A DNA stretch of 64,000 bases, from the NCBI RefSeq assembly GCF_000006765.1, contig NC_002516.2. One strand, 5' to 3'. The translations under genes were made by a program, and so were the position numbers. The DNA comes from Pseudomonas aeruginosa PAO1 (lineage in GTDB: Bacteria; Pseudomonadota; Gammaproteobacteria; Pseudomonadales; Pseudomonadaceae). Within the stretch, counting starts at the first letter, position 1. Every line of letters begins with the position of its first letter. Below are positions 9,419-20,125 of the stretch, piece by piece. The notes beneath the pieces were generated by a model, which saw nothing but the letters and a program-made list of their open reading frames with translations, was not told the DNA's origin and searched no databases.

Positions 9419-10690
9419 TCAGCCCTCGTGGGTCAGGTGTCCGTCCACCAGGGTGTAGCGCACTCGTCCCGGCAGGCAGTGACCGACGAACGGGCTGTTC
9501 TGCCCCTTCGAGTACCAGCTCTCACCGGCCAGGGTCGAACCCTGCGGGTCGAACAGCACCAGGTCGGCGGCCTGGCCCACCGCCAGGCGCCCGGCAGGCA
9601 GGCGTAGTGCCTGGGCCGGGCCGTGGGAGAGGCGGGCGAGCAGGGTCGGCAGGTCGAGCAGGCCGTCCTGCACCAGCGTCATCGCCAGCGGCAGCAGCAG
9701 CTCGGCGCCGCTGATGCCCGGCTCGGTGGCGGCGAACGGCGCGTTCTTGGCGTCCGCCTCGTGGGGTTGGTGGTGGCTGGCGATGGCTTGTACCACGCCG
9801 TTCTTCACCGCCTCGCGCAGGGCTTCGCGGTCGGCCCTGGTGCGCAGCGGCGGTTGCACGTGGTAGAGGCTGGAGAAGCCCACCAGCGCTTCGTCGGTGA
9901 GGATCAACTGGTACAGCGCCACGTCGCAGGTCACCGGCAGGCCACGGGCCTGGGCCTGGGCGACGAGTTCGATGCCGCGGGCGCTGGTCAACTGGCTGAA
10001 GTGCGCGCGCACGCCGCTCTGTTCCACCAGCAGCAGGTTGCGGGCCAGGGCCACGGTCTCGGCGGTCTCCGGGATCCCCGCGAGGCCGAGGAAGCTGGCG
10101 GTCGGGCCTTCGTGGGCGAGGCCGCCTTCGGCGAGATCGGTGTCCTGCGAGGTGAAGATCACCGTCAGGTCGAAGGTCGCCGCGTACTCCAGGGCGCGCC
10201 GCAGGATGCGGTTGCTGGCGAAGCCATGCAGGCCATTGGTGAAGGCCACGCAACCGGTGTCGCGCAGGGCCACCAGTTCCGACAGTTGCTCGCCGCCGAA
10301 GCCGCGGGTCAGCGCGCCGATGGGGTAGACCTTGGCGTTGCCGGCCTCGCGGGCGCGGTCGAGGATCAGCTCGGCCACCGCCGGGGTGTCCAGCACCGGC
10401 CGGGTGTAGGGCGGGCAGCACAGGCTGGTGGTGCCGCCGGCCGCGGCGGCGCGGGTCTCGCTTTCGACGTTGCCCTTGCGTCCATAGCCCGGCTCGCGCA
10501 GGGCGACGCTCAGATCGACCAGTCCCGGCGCGGCCACCAGGCCGGCGCCGTCGAGGGTCTTCTGGGCGCTGAAGCCGGCCGGCGCGGCGCCGATGGCGAC
10601 GATCTTGCCAGCCTCGATGTGGAGGTCGCCGACCTGGTCCAGGTCACTGGCCGGGTCGATGACGCGGGCGCCTCGGATACTGATGGTCAT
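9419..10690 (-). CDS. pyrC': Non-catalytic dihydroorotase-like subunit of aspartate transcarbamoylase (PyrC')
   Basis: Amidohydrolase fold starting [13 protein letters not shown]; the Zn-binding DxHxH is replaced by DLSVAL ([15 protein letters not shown]); overlaps the pyrB stop; 423 aa. Confidence 0.93.
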   Translation of the reverse strand: MTISIRGARVIDPASDLDQVGDLHIEAGKIVAIGAAPAGFSAQKTLDGAGLVAAPGLVDLSVALREPGYGRKGNVESETRAAAAGGTTSLCCPPYTRPVLDTPAVAELILDRAREAGNAKVYPIGALTRGFGGEQLSELVALRDTGCVAFTNGLHGFASNRILRRALEYAATFDLTVIFTSQDTDLAEGGLAHEGPTASFLGLAGIPETAETVALARNLLLVEQSGVRAHFSQLTSARGIELVAQAQARGLPVTCDVALYQLILTDEALVGFSSLYHVQPPLRTRADREALREAVKNGVVQAIASHHQPHEADAKNAPFAATEPGISGAELLLPLAMTLVQDGLLDLPTLLARLSHGPAQALRLPAGRLAVGQAADLVLFDPQGSTLAGESWYSKGQNSPFVGHCLPGRVRYTLVDGHLTHEG

Positions 10691-11691
10691 TCGGCGTCCT
10701 CCTGTTCCAGCTGGCGTTGGGTGTTCTGGCCGCTCATGGCCATGGACAGCACCGCCATGCGGATGGCGATGCCGTAGGTGACCTGGTTGAGGATCACCGA
10801 CTGGGCCCCGTCGGCCACCGCCGACTCGATCTCCACGCCACGGTTGATCGGGCCAGGGTGCATGACGATGGCATCCGGCTTGGCCAGCTTCAGGCGCTTC
10901 TCGGTCAGGCCGTAGAGCTTGAAGAACTCGCCCTCGCTGGGTAGCAGGCCACCCTGCATGCGCTCGCGTTGCAGGCGCAGCATGATCACCACGTCGACGT
11001 CCTTCAGGCCTTCGTCGGCGTTGGTGAACACGCGCACGCCGTACTGCTCTTCCAGGCCGATCGGCAAGAGGGTGCGCGGGGCGATCACGCGGATGTCCGG
11101 GCAACCCAGGGTCTTGAGCGCCAGCATGTTCGAACGGGCTACTCGCGAATGCAGGATATCGCCGACGATCGCCACCGATAGCTGCTCGAAGTTCCCTTTG
11201 TGCCGGCGGATGGTCAGCATGTCGAGCATCCCCTGGGTGGGGTGCGCGTGGCGTCCGTCGCCGCCGTTGATCACCGCCACGTTGGGGCTGACGTGCTCGG
11301 CGATGAAGTGCGCCGCGCCCGAGTCGCTGTGGCGCACCACGAACATGTCGGCGGCCATCGCCTCCAGGTTGCGCAGGGTGTCGGTGAGCGTCTCGCCCTT
11401 GCTGGTGGAAGAGGTGGATACGTTCAGGCTGATCACGTCGGCCGACAGCCGCTGGGCGGCCAGCTCGAAGGTGGTGCGGGTGCGCGTGGAGTTCTCGAAG
11501 AACACGTTGCAGACGGTCTTGCCGCGCAGCAGCGGGACCTTTTTCACCGCGCGGGCGCCGACCTCCAGGAAGGAATCGGCGGTATCGAGGATTTCGGTGA
11601 GCAGCTCGCGGGGCAATCCGTCGAGCGAGATGAAGTGGCGCAGCTGGCCCTGGTCGTTGAGCTGCAGCGGGCGCTTGGCGTCTGTCGGCAT
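10687..11691 (-). CDS. pyrB: Aspartate carbamoyltransferase catalytic subunit
   Basis: [13 protein letters not shown] carbamoyl-phosphate motif, [29 protein letters not shown]; 334 aa. Confidence 0.99.
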   Translation of the reverse strand: MPTDAKRPLQLNDQGQLRHFISLDGLPRELLTEILDTADSFLEVGARAVKKVPLLRGKTVCNVFFENSTRTRTTFELAAQRLSADVISLNVSTSSTSKGETLTDTLRNLEAMAADMFVVRHSDSGAAHFIAEHVSPNVAVINGGDGRHAHPTQGMLDMLTIRRHKGNFEQLSVAIVGDILHSRVARSNMLALKTLGCPDIRVIAPRTLLPIGLEEQYGVRVFTNADEGLKDVDVVIMLRLQRERMQGGLLPSEGEFFKLYGLTEKRLKLAKPDAIVMHPGPINRGVEIESAVADGAQSVILNQVTYGIAIRMAVLSMAMSGQNTQRQLEQEDAE

Positions 11692-11714
11692 GGGGCAGGC
11701 CCTAGTGAAGAGGA

Positions 11715-12227
11715 TCAGGAAGCGGAGGAAAGGACCTTGCGCTCGAGGGCGAGCGGTGCGGGACCGACCAATTTTACCCGTTCATCGCGACCCAGGGACA
11801 GGGTCTGGCCGACCACGTCGGGGCGGATAGGCAACTCCCGGGCGTTCAGGTCGAGCAGGCAGACCAGGGTCACGCTGGCCGGACGGCCGTAGTCGAACAG
11901 TTCGTTGAGTGCGGCGCGGATGGTACGGCCGCTCATCAGCACGTCGTCCACCAGCACCAGGTGCTGGCCGTCGATCTCGAACGGCAGCGCCGACGGGCGG
12001 ACCTGCGGATGCAGGCCGTTCTGGGTGAAGTCGTCGCGGTAGAAGGAGACGTCGAGGGTGCCCAGCGGCTCTTGGTTGCCCAGTTCCCTCAGCAGCGCCT
12101 CGGCGACCCAGATGCCGCCGGTATGGATGCCGACGAAGCGCGGCCGCTCGATGCCGCGCTCGGCGAGATGGGCGCGCAGGTCGCTGGCCATGCGCGGCAG
12201 GAGTTCGGCGGGATTGGGTAGGCTCAT
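11715..12227 (-). CDS. pyrR: PyrR (pyrimidine regulatory protein / uracil PRTase fold)
   Basis: [25 protein letters not shown] (PRPP loop), [11 protein letters not shown]; 170 aa from the ATG at 12227. Confidence 0.95.
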
Positions 12228-12338
12228 GGTGGCTCCTCGCTGACATCGATGGGATGGCCGCCGGGAGAGCCCGCTGTAGGGAGGCGCCCGCGGTGGCGAA
12301 AGCATAATGGCAAACGGCGGCGTGCCGGCTGCCATGGG

Positions 12339-12773
12339 TCAATCCGGGTGTTCGGCCAGCCAGCCTTCCAGCAGCAGGGCGGCGGCCAGGGCGTCCACCG
12401 GTCGCTCGCGGTAGCCGTCGCGCTGGCCCTGGGCCAGGCGCTCGCCCTTGGCGGCGTAGGTCGTGAGGCGTTCGTCGTGGGTAAAGACCGGCAGGTTGAA
12501 ACGGCCGTTGAGGCGGCGGCCGAACTTTTCCGCGCGCTCGCTCATCTCGCTTGGGCTGCCGTCCATGTTCAGCGGCAGGCCGACGACGATGGCGTCCGGC
12601 TGCCATTCCTTGATCAGCGCTTCCACCCGGTTCCAGTCCGGCACGCCGTTCTGCGCCTTCAATACGCACAGCTCGCGGGCCTGGCCGGTCACCGCCTGGC
12701 CGACGGCGACGCCGATCTGCCGGGTGCCGTAGTCGAAGCCCAGCAGCAGGCGCAGCGGCTTGTCGCTGGCCAT
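12339..12773 (-). CDS. yqgF: YqgF RNase H-fold nuclease (pre-16S rRNA processing / RuvX)
   Basis: LLGFDYGTRQIGVAVG, VVGLPLNMDG, DERLTT, VDALAAALLL. Confidence 0.95.
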   Translation of the reverse strand: MASDKPLRLLLGFDYGTRQIGVAVGQAVTGQARELCVLKAQNGVPDWNRVEALIKEWQPDAIVVGLPLNMDGSPSEMSERAEKFGRRLNGRFNLPVFTHDERLTTYAAKGERLAQGQRDGYRERPVDALAAALLLEGWLAEHPD

Positions 12774-13342
12774 CAGGCGTGACCGGCCTGGGCGGTGAGC
12801 AGGCTGAGGTTGACGCCCAGGCGCGCGGCGGCGGCGCTGAGGCGCTCCTCGGGCGGCAGGTCGAAGAGGATCGCCGGGTCCGCCGGGCAGGTCAGCCAGG
12901 CGTTGTCGCTCAGTTCGGCCTCCAGCTGGCCGGCTTCCCAGCCGGCATAGCCAAGGCTGATCAGGCTCTTTTCCGGGCCGGTGCCGGCGGCGATGGCGAA
13001 CAGCACGTCCTGCGAGGTGGACATCGCCAGCTCGCCCAGTTCCAGGGTCGACTGGTAGCTCAGGCCGCTGGGGTGGAGGACGAAGCCACGGTCGGTCTGC
13101 ACCGGGCCGCCGTTGTAGATGTCGATGTGCTGGCAGCGCGCCGGCGGCAGGGCGTCCGGCTTGAGCTGTTCGAGGACTTCCGCCAGGTTGAGGCCGCTGG
13201 GACGGTTGATCACCAGGCCCATGGCGCCCTGCTCGTTGTGTTCGACCAGGTAGGTCACGGTCTGGGCGAAATTGGGGTCGGCCATGTGCGGCATGGCGAT
13301 CAGGAAATGATGCTTGAGGTAGGTTGGGCTGCTCTGTTTCAT
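12773..13342 (-). CDS. algH: YqgE/AlgH (UPF0301) protein
   Basis: HFLIAMPHMADPNFAQTVTYLVEHNEQGAMGLVINRP, GGPVQTDRGFVLH, GYAGWEAGQLEAEL. Confidence 0.95.
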   Translation of the reverse strand: MKQSSPTYLKHHFLIAMPHMADPNFAQTVTYLVEHNEQGAMGLVINRPSGLNLAEVLEQLKPDALPPARCQHIDIYNGGPVQTDRGFVLHPSGLSYQSTLELGELAMSTSQDVLFAIAAGTGPEKSLISLGYAGWEAGQLEAELSDNAWLTCPADPAILFDLPPEERLSAAAARLGVNLSLLTAQAGHA

Positions 13343-13390
13343 GGCCGCTAGTGTCCTGCTTCGGACGCGAGAAAGCCAGCCTTGCCGGCG

Positions 13391-14350
13391 CTACTTGCTG
13401 GACAGCCGGTCGCCGCGTTCGAAGCGCCAGGTACGGATGATCTCCAGCCGGTCGATGTCGGCCAGGTCGCCGCTGAACGGCGCATAGGGCGCGGCCAGGC
13501 GGACGATGCGCTGGGCGGCCTGGTCGAGGATCGGCTCGCCGGAAGACTCCAGCACCTGCACCTCGTAGATGGTGCCGTCGCGGTTGATCGACACCAGCAG
13601 CCGCAGGCTGCCGTAGAGCTTCTGCCGGCGGGCCTCGTCGGGGTAGTTGAGGTTGCCGATGCGTTCGATCTTCTTGCGCCAGTCTTCCTTGTACCAGGCG
13701 CCCTTGTCGCGCATGGTCGAGGCGGCGCTCAGGCGGTGGATGCGCGGGCGCTTGGCGTAGGCCTGCTGCTCCTTGGCCAGGTCGGCCTCGAGGCTGGCGA
13801 TTTCCGCCGACAGCTGGGTTGAGTCGAAATGCGGCGCCGGCTTGGCGACCTGCTCGGCCTTCTGTGCCTGGGTCTTGCTCGGTGCCTTCTGCTGGCGCTG
13901 GCGGGTGGTGGTCACCGCGACCTTGGGCGCCTCTTCGCTCCTGGCCTGCTTCGGCGTAGCCGGCGGCGCGACTTTCTTCACCTGGTTGTCCTGGAACGGC
14001 GCGACCTCGGTGGTCTTCGGCGCGGCCTTGTGCTCCAGGGTTCCGCTGCCCTGCTGGTTCATCTGCGCGAGGTAGTCGGCCTTCTCCGGCGCCTTGTCGC
14101 TCTTGAAGGTGGCCAGGGTGATTTCCAGGGTCTTGCTGATCTGGCTCGGCGCGGGCATGGAGAAGCCCACCCCGAGGATGAAGGCGACGTGCAGGATGGC
14201 TGCGATGAACAGGGTGAAGCCCAAACGGTCCGCCGGGCGGACGCCGGCAGCGGCGGAGGGGGACTTGAGGACGGCGGCGTTCATTGCGGATCGTGGTGGC
14301 TGGCGTGGGGCGAAGTCTGCCGATGGGGGGCGGAAAAGTCTATGACGCAC
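13391..14350 (-). CDS. tonB3: TonB family energy transducer TonB3
   Basis: Single N-terminal TM (DRLGFTLFIAAILHVAFILGVGF), Pro/Lys/Gln-rich linker, TonB_C domain (GSLRLLVSINRDGTIYEVQVLESSG..LDQAA). An alternative start at 14284 (MNAAVLK) is plausible. Confidence 0.9.
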   Translation of the reverse strand: MRHRLFRPPSADFAPRQPPRSAMNAAVLKSPSAAAGVRPADRLGFTLFIAAILHVAFILGVGFSMPAPSQISKTLEITLATFKSDKAPEKADYLAQMNQQGSGTLEHKAAPKTTEVAPFQDNQVKKVAPPATPKQARSEEAPKVAVTTTRQRQQKAPSKTQAQKAEQVAKPAPHFDSTQLSAEIASLEADLAKEQQAYAKRPRIHRLSAASTMRDKGAWYKEDWRKKIERIGNLNYPDEARRQKLYGSLRLLVSINRDGTIYEVQVLESSGEPILDQAAQRIVRLAAPYAPFSGDLADIDRLEIIRTWRFERGDRLSSK

Positions 14351-14430
14351 TCCGCGCCTTGGACACGCGGTCGCTCGCCGTGGCGCATCGGCCGGGCCGA
14401 GGCGGGCGGACCGAGGCCCGCCCGCGCGAT

Positions 14431-15384
14431 TCAGCGGGCAGCCAGCTGGGCGGCGATGGCGTCCATCAGCTTGTCGCCGATGCGGGTGTCGAAGGCCTGG
14501 TCGATCTCGCGGATGCAGGTCGGGCTGGTGACGTTGATTTCCGTCAGATAATCGCCGATCACGTCGAGGCCGACGAACAGCAGGCCGCGCTCGCGCAGGT
14601 GCGGGCCGACCTCGGCGGCGATCCAGCGGTCGCGCTCGCTCAGCGGCTGGGCCACGCCGCGGCCGCCGGCGGCGAGGTTGCCGCGGGTCTCGCCCTGGGC
14701 GGGGATGCGCGCCAGGCAGTAGGGCACCGGTTCGCCGTCGATCATCAGGATGCGCTTGTCGCCGTCCTTGATTTCCGGCAGATAGCGCTGTGCCATGATC
14801 TGCTGGCTGCCATGCTGGGTGAGGGTCTCGAGGATCACCGAGAGGTTCGGGTCGCCTTCGCGGTGACGAAATATCGACGAACCGCCCATTCCGTCCAGGG
14901 GTTTGAGAATGATGTCACGATGCTCGGCGGCAAACTCGCGCAGAATATCGGATCGCCGGCTGACCATCGTCGGCGGAGTGCACTGGGTGAACTGCGTGGC
15001 GAAGAACTTCTCGTTGCAGTCGCGCAGGCTCTGCGGCCGGTTCACCACCAGGGCGCCGGCACGCTCGGCCTGTTCCAGCAGGTAGGTCGAATAGACGAAT
15101 TCGTTATCGAAGGGCGGGTCCTTGCGCATCAGGATCACGTCCAGTTCGTGCAGCGGTTGGTCGCTTTCCGCTTCCAGTTCGAACCAGCGGGAGGCATCGT
15201 TGAAGACCTTCAGCGGGCGCATGCGTCCACGCGCGACGCCGGCCTTCTGGTAGAGGTCCTGCTGTTCCATGTAGAACAGCGACCAGCCGCGGGCCTGGGC
15301 AGCCAGCAGCATGGCGAGCGAGCTGTCCTTCTTGAAGTTGATGCGCGCGATGGGGTCCATGACGATCCCGAGGCGTACGCTCAT
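14431..15384 (-). CDS. gshB: Glutathione synthetase
   Basis: MSVRLGIVMDPI..KKDSSLAML, MRKDPPFD, NEK, KPLDGMGG, RGNLAAGG, EINVTSPT; 317 aa. Confidence 0.98.
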   Translation of the reverse strand: MSVRLGIVMDPIARINFKKDSSLAMLLAAQARGWSLFYMEQQDLYQKAGVARGRMRPLKVFNDASRWFELEAESDQPLHELDVILMRKDPPFDNEFVYSTYLLEQAERAGALVVNRPQSLRDCNEKFFATQFTQCTPPTMVSRRSDILREFAAEHRDIILKPLDGMGGSSIFRHREGDPNLSVILETLTQHGSQQIMAQRYLPEIKDGDKRILMIDGEPVPYCLARIPAQGETRGNLAAGGRGVAQPLSERDRWIAAEVGPHLRERGLLFVGLDVIGDYLTEINVTSPTCIREIDQAFDTRIGDKLMDAIAAQLAAR

Positions 15385-15638
15385 GGGAATTCCTCCGAAA
15401 GGGGGTGGGTTGTCCGGTCGCGGCGGGGAGGCCGCGTGGCAAGCGGGTTTGACGCTCAGGTTGGCGCCCCGTTTGCGCTTGGTCAAGGAAAAAGCCGGCC
15501 TGTTCCGGGCATTATGGATAGAGTTGCGTCGAGTGTGCTAAAAAGGCTCGCGATTGGGTCGCAGCCCGTCGGTGACAGGGCGTTAGCGCACTGAAGAAAA
15601 CACAGAAGAATGATTCACCGAGTCGATATAGGGCGAAC

Positions 15639-16046
15639 ATGGAACAGCAATCCGACGGTTTGAAAGTGATGGTGATCGACGATTCGAAAACGATTCGTCG
15701 CACCGCCGAAACACTGCTGAAAAAGGTCGGTTGCGACGTGATCACGGCAATCGACGGCTTCGATGCCCTGGCGAAGATCGCCGATACCCATCCGAACATC
15801 ATTTTCGTCGACATCATGATGCCGCGCCTGGATGGCTATCAGACCTGCGCCCTGATCAAGAACAACAGCGCGTTCAAGTCCACCCCGGTGATCATGCTGT
15901 CCTCCAAGGACGGCCTGTTCGACAAGGCCAAGGGGCGCATCGTCGGCTCCGACCAGTACCTCACCAAGCCGTTCAGCAAGGAAGAGCTGCTGGGCGCGAT
16001 CAAGGCACACGTACCCAGCTTCACCCCGGTGGACGCCGTTTCCTGA
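15639..16046 (+). CDS. pilG: CheY-like response regulator PilG
   Basis: KVMVIDDSKTIRR, FVDIMMPRLDGY, LSSKDGLFDKAKG, YLTKPF. Confidence 0.98.
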   Translation: MEQQSDGLKVMVIDDSKTIRRTAETLLKKVGCDVITAIDGFDALAKIADTHPNIIFVDIMMPRLDGYQTCALIKNNSAFKSTPVIMLSSKDGLFDKAKGRIVGSDQYLTKPFSKEELLGAIKAHVPSFTPVDAVS

Positions 16047-16092
16047 TATCCGGCCGCATGGCCGTTGATGCTTATTTCGTGATGGGGATCCC

Positions 16093-16458
16093 ATGGCTCG
16101 TATTTTGATTGTTGATGACTCTCCGACCGAGATGTACAAGCTGACCGCCATGCTGGAAAAGCATGGTCACCAGGTACTCAAGGCCGAGAACGGCGGCGAC
16201 GGCGTCGCCCTGGCCCGCCAGGAAAAGCCCGACGTGGTCCTGATGGACATCGTCATGCCCGGCCTCAACGGCTTCCAGGCGACCCGTCAATTGACCAAGG
16301 ACGCCGAGACCAGCGCCATCCCGGTGATCATCGTCACCACCAAGGACCAGGAGACCGACAAGGTCTGGGGCAAGCGCCAGGGCGCTCGCGACTACCTGAC
16401 CAAGCCGGTGGACGAAGAGACCCTGCTGAAAACCATCAATGCGGTGCTGGCGGGCTGA
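16093..16458 (+). CDS. pilH: CheY-like response regulator PilH
   Basis: MARILIVDDSPT, LMDIVMPGLNGFQATR, YLTKPV. Confidence 0.98.
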   Translation: MARILIVDDSPTEMYKLTAMLEKHGHQVLKAENGGDGVALARQEKPDVVLMDIVMPGLNGFQATRQLTKDAETSAIPVIIVTTKDQETDKVWGKRQGARDYLTKPVDEETLLKTINAVLAG

Positions 16459-16508
16459 GCCCGTCGCAGCGCATCGCTCACCCTGACCCCGGAAAGACCA
16501 GGCCCCGC

Positions 16509-17045
16509 ATGTCGGACGTTCAGACCCCCTTCCAGCTCCTCGTCGACATCGATCAGCGCTGCCGACGCCTGGCCGCCGGCCTGCCGGCCCAGCAGGAGGC
16601 GGTGCAGAGCTGGAGCGGGATCGGCTTCCGCATGGGCGGGCGGTTCTTCGTCGCCCCCATGGGGGAGGTCGGCGAAGTCCTGCACGAACCGCGCTACACC
16701 CAGCTGCCGGGCGTGAAGACCTGGGTCAAGGGGGTGGCCAACGTACGTGGCCGCCTGCTGCCGATCATGGACCTCTGCGGTTTCCTCGGCACCGAACTGT
16801 CGCCCTTGCGCAAGCAGCGGCGGGTGCTGGTGGTGGAGCACCTGGACGTGTTCGCCGGCCTCATCGTCGATGAGGTGTTCGGCATGCAGCACTTCCCGGT
16901 GGACACCTTCAGCGAACAGCTGCCGCCACTAGAAGCGGCACTGCAACCCTTCATTCATGGCGTCTTCCATCGAGAGCAGCCGTGGCTGGTGTTCAGCCCG
17001 CATGCGCTGGCGCAACACCAGGGCTTCCTCGACGTCGCCGTATAA
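16509..17045 (+). CDS. pilI: CheW-like adaptor PilI
   Basis: LPGVKTWVKGVANVRGRLLPIMDL CheW motif; position in the pil operon. Confidence 0.97.
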   Translation: MSDVQTPFQLLVDIDQRCRRLAAGLPAQQEAVQSWSGIGFRMGGRFFVAPMGEVGEVLHEPRYTQLPGVKTWVKGVANVRGRLLPIMDLCGFLGTELSPLRKQRRVLVVEHLDVFAGLIVDEVFGMQHFPVDTFSEQLPPLEAALQPFIHGVFHREQPWLVFSPHALAQHQGFLDVAV

Positions 17046-17129
17046 ACAGCTTCACCGGTTGGGCCGGTCTGCCGGCCCGTGTCGTGACATGGAAATCGTA
17101 ATCGTGGTCGGTCCGGGCGGGGGCCAAAT

Positions 17130-19178
17130 ATGAAGAAAATCAACGCAGGCAATCTTTTCGCGGGCATGCGCAGCAGCTCGGTGATCGCGGGGCTGTTCAT
17201 CGTCCTCATCGTCTCGATCGTGTTGCTGTTCGCCAACTTTGCCTACCTCAACACCCAGTCGAACCATGACAAGCAGTACATCGGCCATGCCGGCGAACTG
17301 CGCGTCCTGTCGCAGCGGATCGCGAAGAACGCCACCGAAGCGGCGGCGGGCAAGGGCGAGGCGTTCAAGCTCCTGAAGGATGCGCGCAACGACTTCGAGA
17401 AACGCTGGAACATCCTGGTCAACGGCGACGAGAGCACATCCCTGCCGCCCAGCCCCGAAGCGGTGAAGCCGCAGATGGACGTGGTGCAGCAGGACTGGGA
17501 TGGCCTGCGCAAGAACGCCGACTCCATCCTCGCCAGCGAACAGACCGTACTGTCCCTGCACCAGGTGGCCTCGACCCTCGCCGAAACCATCCCGCAGCTG
17601 CAGGTGGAATACGAAGAGGTGGTCGACATCCTGCTGGAGAACGGTGCCCCGGCCGACCAGGTCGCGGTCGCCCAGCGCCAGTCGCTGCTCGCCGAACGTA
17701 TCCTCGGCTCGGTGAACAAGGTGCTGGCCGGCGACGAGAACTCGGTGCAGGCCGCCGACAGCTTCGGCCGCGACGCCAGCCTGTTCGGCCGCGTACTGAA
17801 GGGCATGCAGGAAGGCAACGCGGCGATGAGCATCTCCAAGGTGACCAACGCCGAGGCGGTGGATCGCCTGAACGAGATCGCCGAACTCTTCGAGTTCGTC
17901 TCCGGTTCGGTGGACGAGATCCTCGAGACCTCGCCCGACCTGTTCCAGGTCCGGGAAGCGGCGAACAACATCTTCAGCGTTTCGCAGACCCTGCTGGACA
18001 AGGCCTCGCAACTGGCCGACGGCTTCGAGAACCTGGCCGGCGGGCGCAGCATCAACCTGTTCGCCGGTTACGCCCTCGGCGCCCTGGCCCTGGCCTCGAT
18101 CATCCTGATCGGCCTGGTGATGGTGCGCGAGACCAACCGCCGGCTGGCCGAGACCGCCGAGAAGAACGACCGCAACCAGGCCGCGATCCTGCGTCTGCTC
18201 GACGAGATCGCCGACCTCGCGGACGGCGACCTGACCGTGGCCGCGACCGTGACCGAGGACTTCACCGGCGCCATCGCCGACTCGATCAACTACTCCATCG
18301 ACCAGCTCCGCGAACTGGTGGAGACCATCAACCAGACCGCCGTGCAGGTGGCCGCAGCGGCCCAGGAAACCCAGTCCACCGCGATGCACCTGGCCGAAGC
18401 CTCCGAGCACCAGGCGCAGGAAATCGCCGGCGCCTCGGCGGCGATCAACGAAATGGCGGTGTCGATCGACCAGGTATCGGCGAACGCCTCGGAATCCTCG
18501 GCGGTAGCGGAACGTTCGGTAGCCATTGCCAACAAGGGCAACGAGGTGGTGCACAACACCATCACCGGCATGGACAACATCCGCGAGCAGATCCAGGACA
18601 CCTCGAAGCGAATCAAGCGCCTCGGCGAATCGTCCCAGGAGATCGGCGACATCGTCAGCCTGATCAACGACATCGCCGACCAGACCAACATCCTCGCCCT
18701 GAACGCCGCGATCCAGGCGTCGATGGCCGGGGACGCGGGCCGCGGCTTCGCCGTGGTAGCGGACGAGGTACAGCGACTGGCGGAACGTTCCTCGGCGGCG
18801 ACCAAGCAGATCGAGGCGCTGGTGAAGACCATCCAGACCGACACCAACGAAGCGGTGATCTCGATGGAGCAGACCACCTCCGAGGTGGTCCGCGGCGCGC
18901 GCCTGGCCCAGGACGCCGGTGTGGCCCTGGAGGAGATCGAGAAGGTATCCAAGACCCTCGCGGCGCTGATCCAGAACATCTCCAACGCCGCCCGTCAGCA
19001 GGCATCGTCGGCCGGCCACATTTCCAACACCATGAACGTCATTCAGGAGATCACCTCGCAGACCTCCGCCGGAACCACCGCCACCGCACGGAGCATCGGC
19101 AACCTGGCGAAGATGGCGAGCGAGATGCGCAACTCGGTATCCGGCTTCAAACTGCCGGAGGGCGTGGAGCAGGCCTGA
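17130..19178 (+). CDS. pilJ: Methyl-accepting chemotaxis protein PilJ
   Basis: Two TM segments, periplasmic PilJ domains, HAMP, and MCP hairpin [40 protein letters not shown]; 682 aa. Confidence 0.98.
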   Translation: MKKINAGNLFAGMRSSSVIAGLFIVLIVSIVLLFANFAYLNTQSNHDKQYIGHAGELRVLSQRIAKNATEAAAGKGEAFKLLKDARNDFEKRWNILVNGDESTSLPPSPEAVKPQMDVVQQDWDGLRKNADSILASEQTVLSLHQVASTLAETIPQLQVEYEEVVDILLENGAPADQVAVAQRQSLLAERILGSVNKVLAGDENSVQAADSFGRDASLFGRVLKGMQEGNAAMSISKVTNAEAVDRLNEIAELFEFVSGSVDEILETSPDLFQVREAANNIFSVSQTLLDKASQLADGFENLAGGRSINLFAGYALGALALASIILIGLVMVRETNRRLAETAEKNDRNQAAILRLLDEIADLADGDLTVAATVTEDFTGAIADSINYSIDQLRELVETINQTAVQVAAAAQETQSTAMHLAEASEHQAQEIAGASAAINEMAVSIDQVSANASESSAVAERSVAIANKGNEVVHNTITGMDNIREQIQDTSKRIKRLGESSQEIGDIVSLINDIADQTNILALNAAIQASMAGDAGRGFAVVADEVQRLAERSSAATKQIEALVKTIQTDTNEAVISMEQTTSEVVRGARLAQDAGVALEEIEKVSKTLAALIQNISNAARQQASSAGHISNTMNVIQEITSQTSAGTTATARSIGNLAKMASEMRNSVSGFKLPEGVEQA

Positions 19179-19238
19179 GCATAGGCGCGGCGGCCGCCTG
19201 GCGGGCGCCGCGTCGACACCTTGGACGAGGGGCACGGC

Positions 19239-20114
19239 ATGCAGGCGAACGGCGTCTGGTCACTGCAGCCGCTGGCCGATATGTCGGCAGCGGAGTTCCG
19301 CGACTGGCAGGTCCTGTTGGAGAACCGCACCGGCGTGGTGCTCAACGAGCAACGCCGGACGTTCCTGCAGGCCAGCCTGACCGCGCGCATGCGTGAACTG
19401 GGCATCGGCGACTACCACAGCTACTACCGCCAGGTGACCGACGGTCCGCGTGGCGCAGTGGAGTGGGCGACCCTGCTGGACCGCCTGACCGTCCAGGAAA
19501 CCCGTTTCTTCCGTCATCCCCCGTCTTTCGAGCTGCTCGAGCGCTACCTGGGCGAGCGCCTGCGCCGCGAAGGCATGCCGCGGCCCTGGGCCCTGTGGAG
19601 CGTCGGCTGCTCCAGCGGCGAGGAACCCTACTCGCTGGCGATGTGCGCCGCGCAGGTGTTGCGCGGGCAGGAACGGGAAGATTTTTTCGGCGTCACCGGA
19701 ACGGATATCAGCCTTCACGCCCTGCAGCGGGCGCGGCAGGCGAACTATCCGGCCCGCAAGCTGGAGCAACTGGAGGCTGGGCTGGTCGAACGCTATTGCG
19801 AACGCCAGGCCGACGGCAGCTTCAGCGTGAAAACGATACTGACCGAGCGCGTCTGCTGCGCCCGGCTGAATGTGCTGGACCTGGCGAAGGCGCCCTGGTC
19901 CGGCATGGACGTGATTTTTTGTCAGAACCTGCTGATCTACTTCCGTCGCTGGCGACGGCGCGAGATCCTCAACCGGTTGGCCGAACGGCTGGCGCCGGGA
20001 GGCTTGCTGGTGATCGGGGTCGGCGAAGTGGTCGACTGGAGCCATCCGGAGCTCGAGCCGGTCGCCGACGAGCGGGTCCTGGCCTTTACCCGTAAGGGGT
20101 ACTCAGGCACATGA
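19239..20114 (+). CDS. pilK: CheR-like methyltransferase PilK
   Basis: TVQETRFFRH, WSVGCSSGEEPYSLA, GTDIS, DVIFCQNLLIYF; 291 aa. Confidence 0.96.
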   Translation: MQANGVWSLQPLADMSAAEFRDWQVLLENRTGVVLNEQRRTFLQASLTARMRELGIGDYHSYYRQVTDGPRGAVEWATLLDRLTVQETRFFRHPPSFELLERYLGERLRREGMPRPWALWSVGCSSGEEPYSLAMCAAQVLRGQEREDFFGVTGTDISLHALQRARQANYPARKLEQLEAGLVERYCERQADGSFSVKTILTERVCCARLNVLDLAKAPWSGMDVIFCQNLLIYFRRWRRREILNRLAERLAPGGLLVIGVGEVVDWSHPELEPVADERVLAFTRKGYSGT

Positions 20115-20125
20115 ATGGAGTGGCT

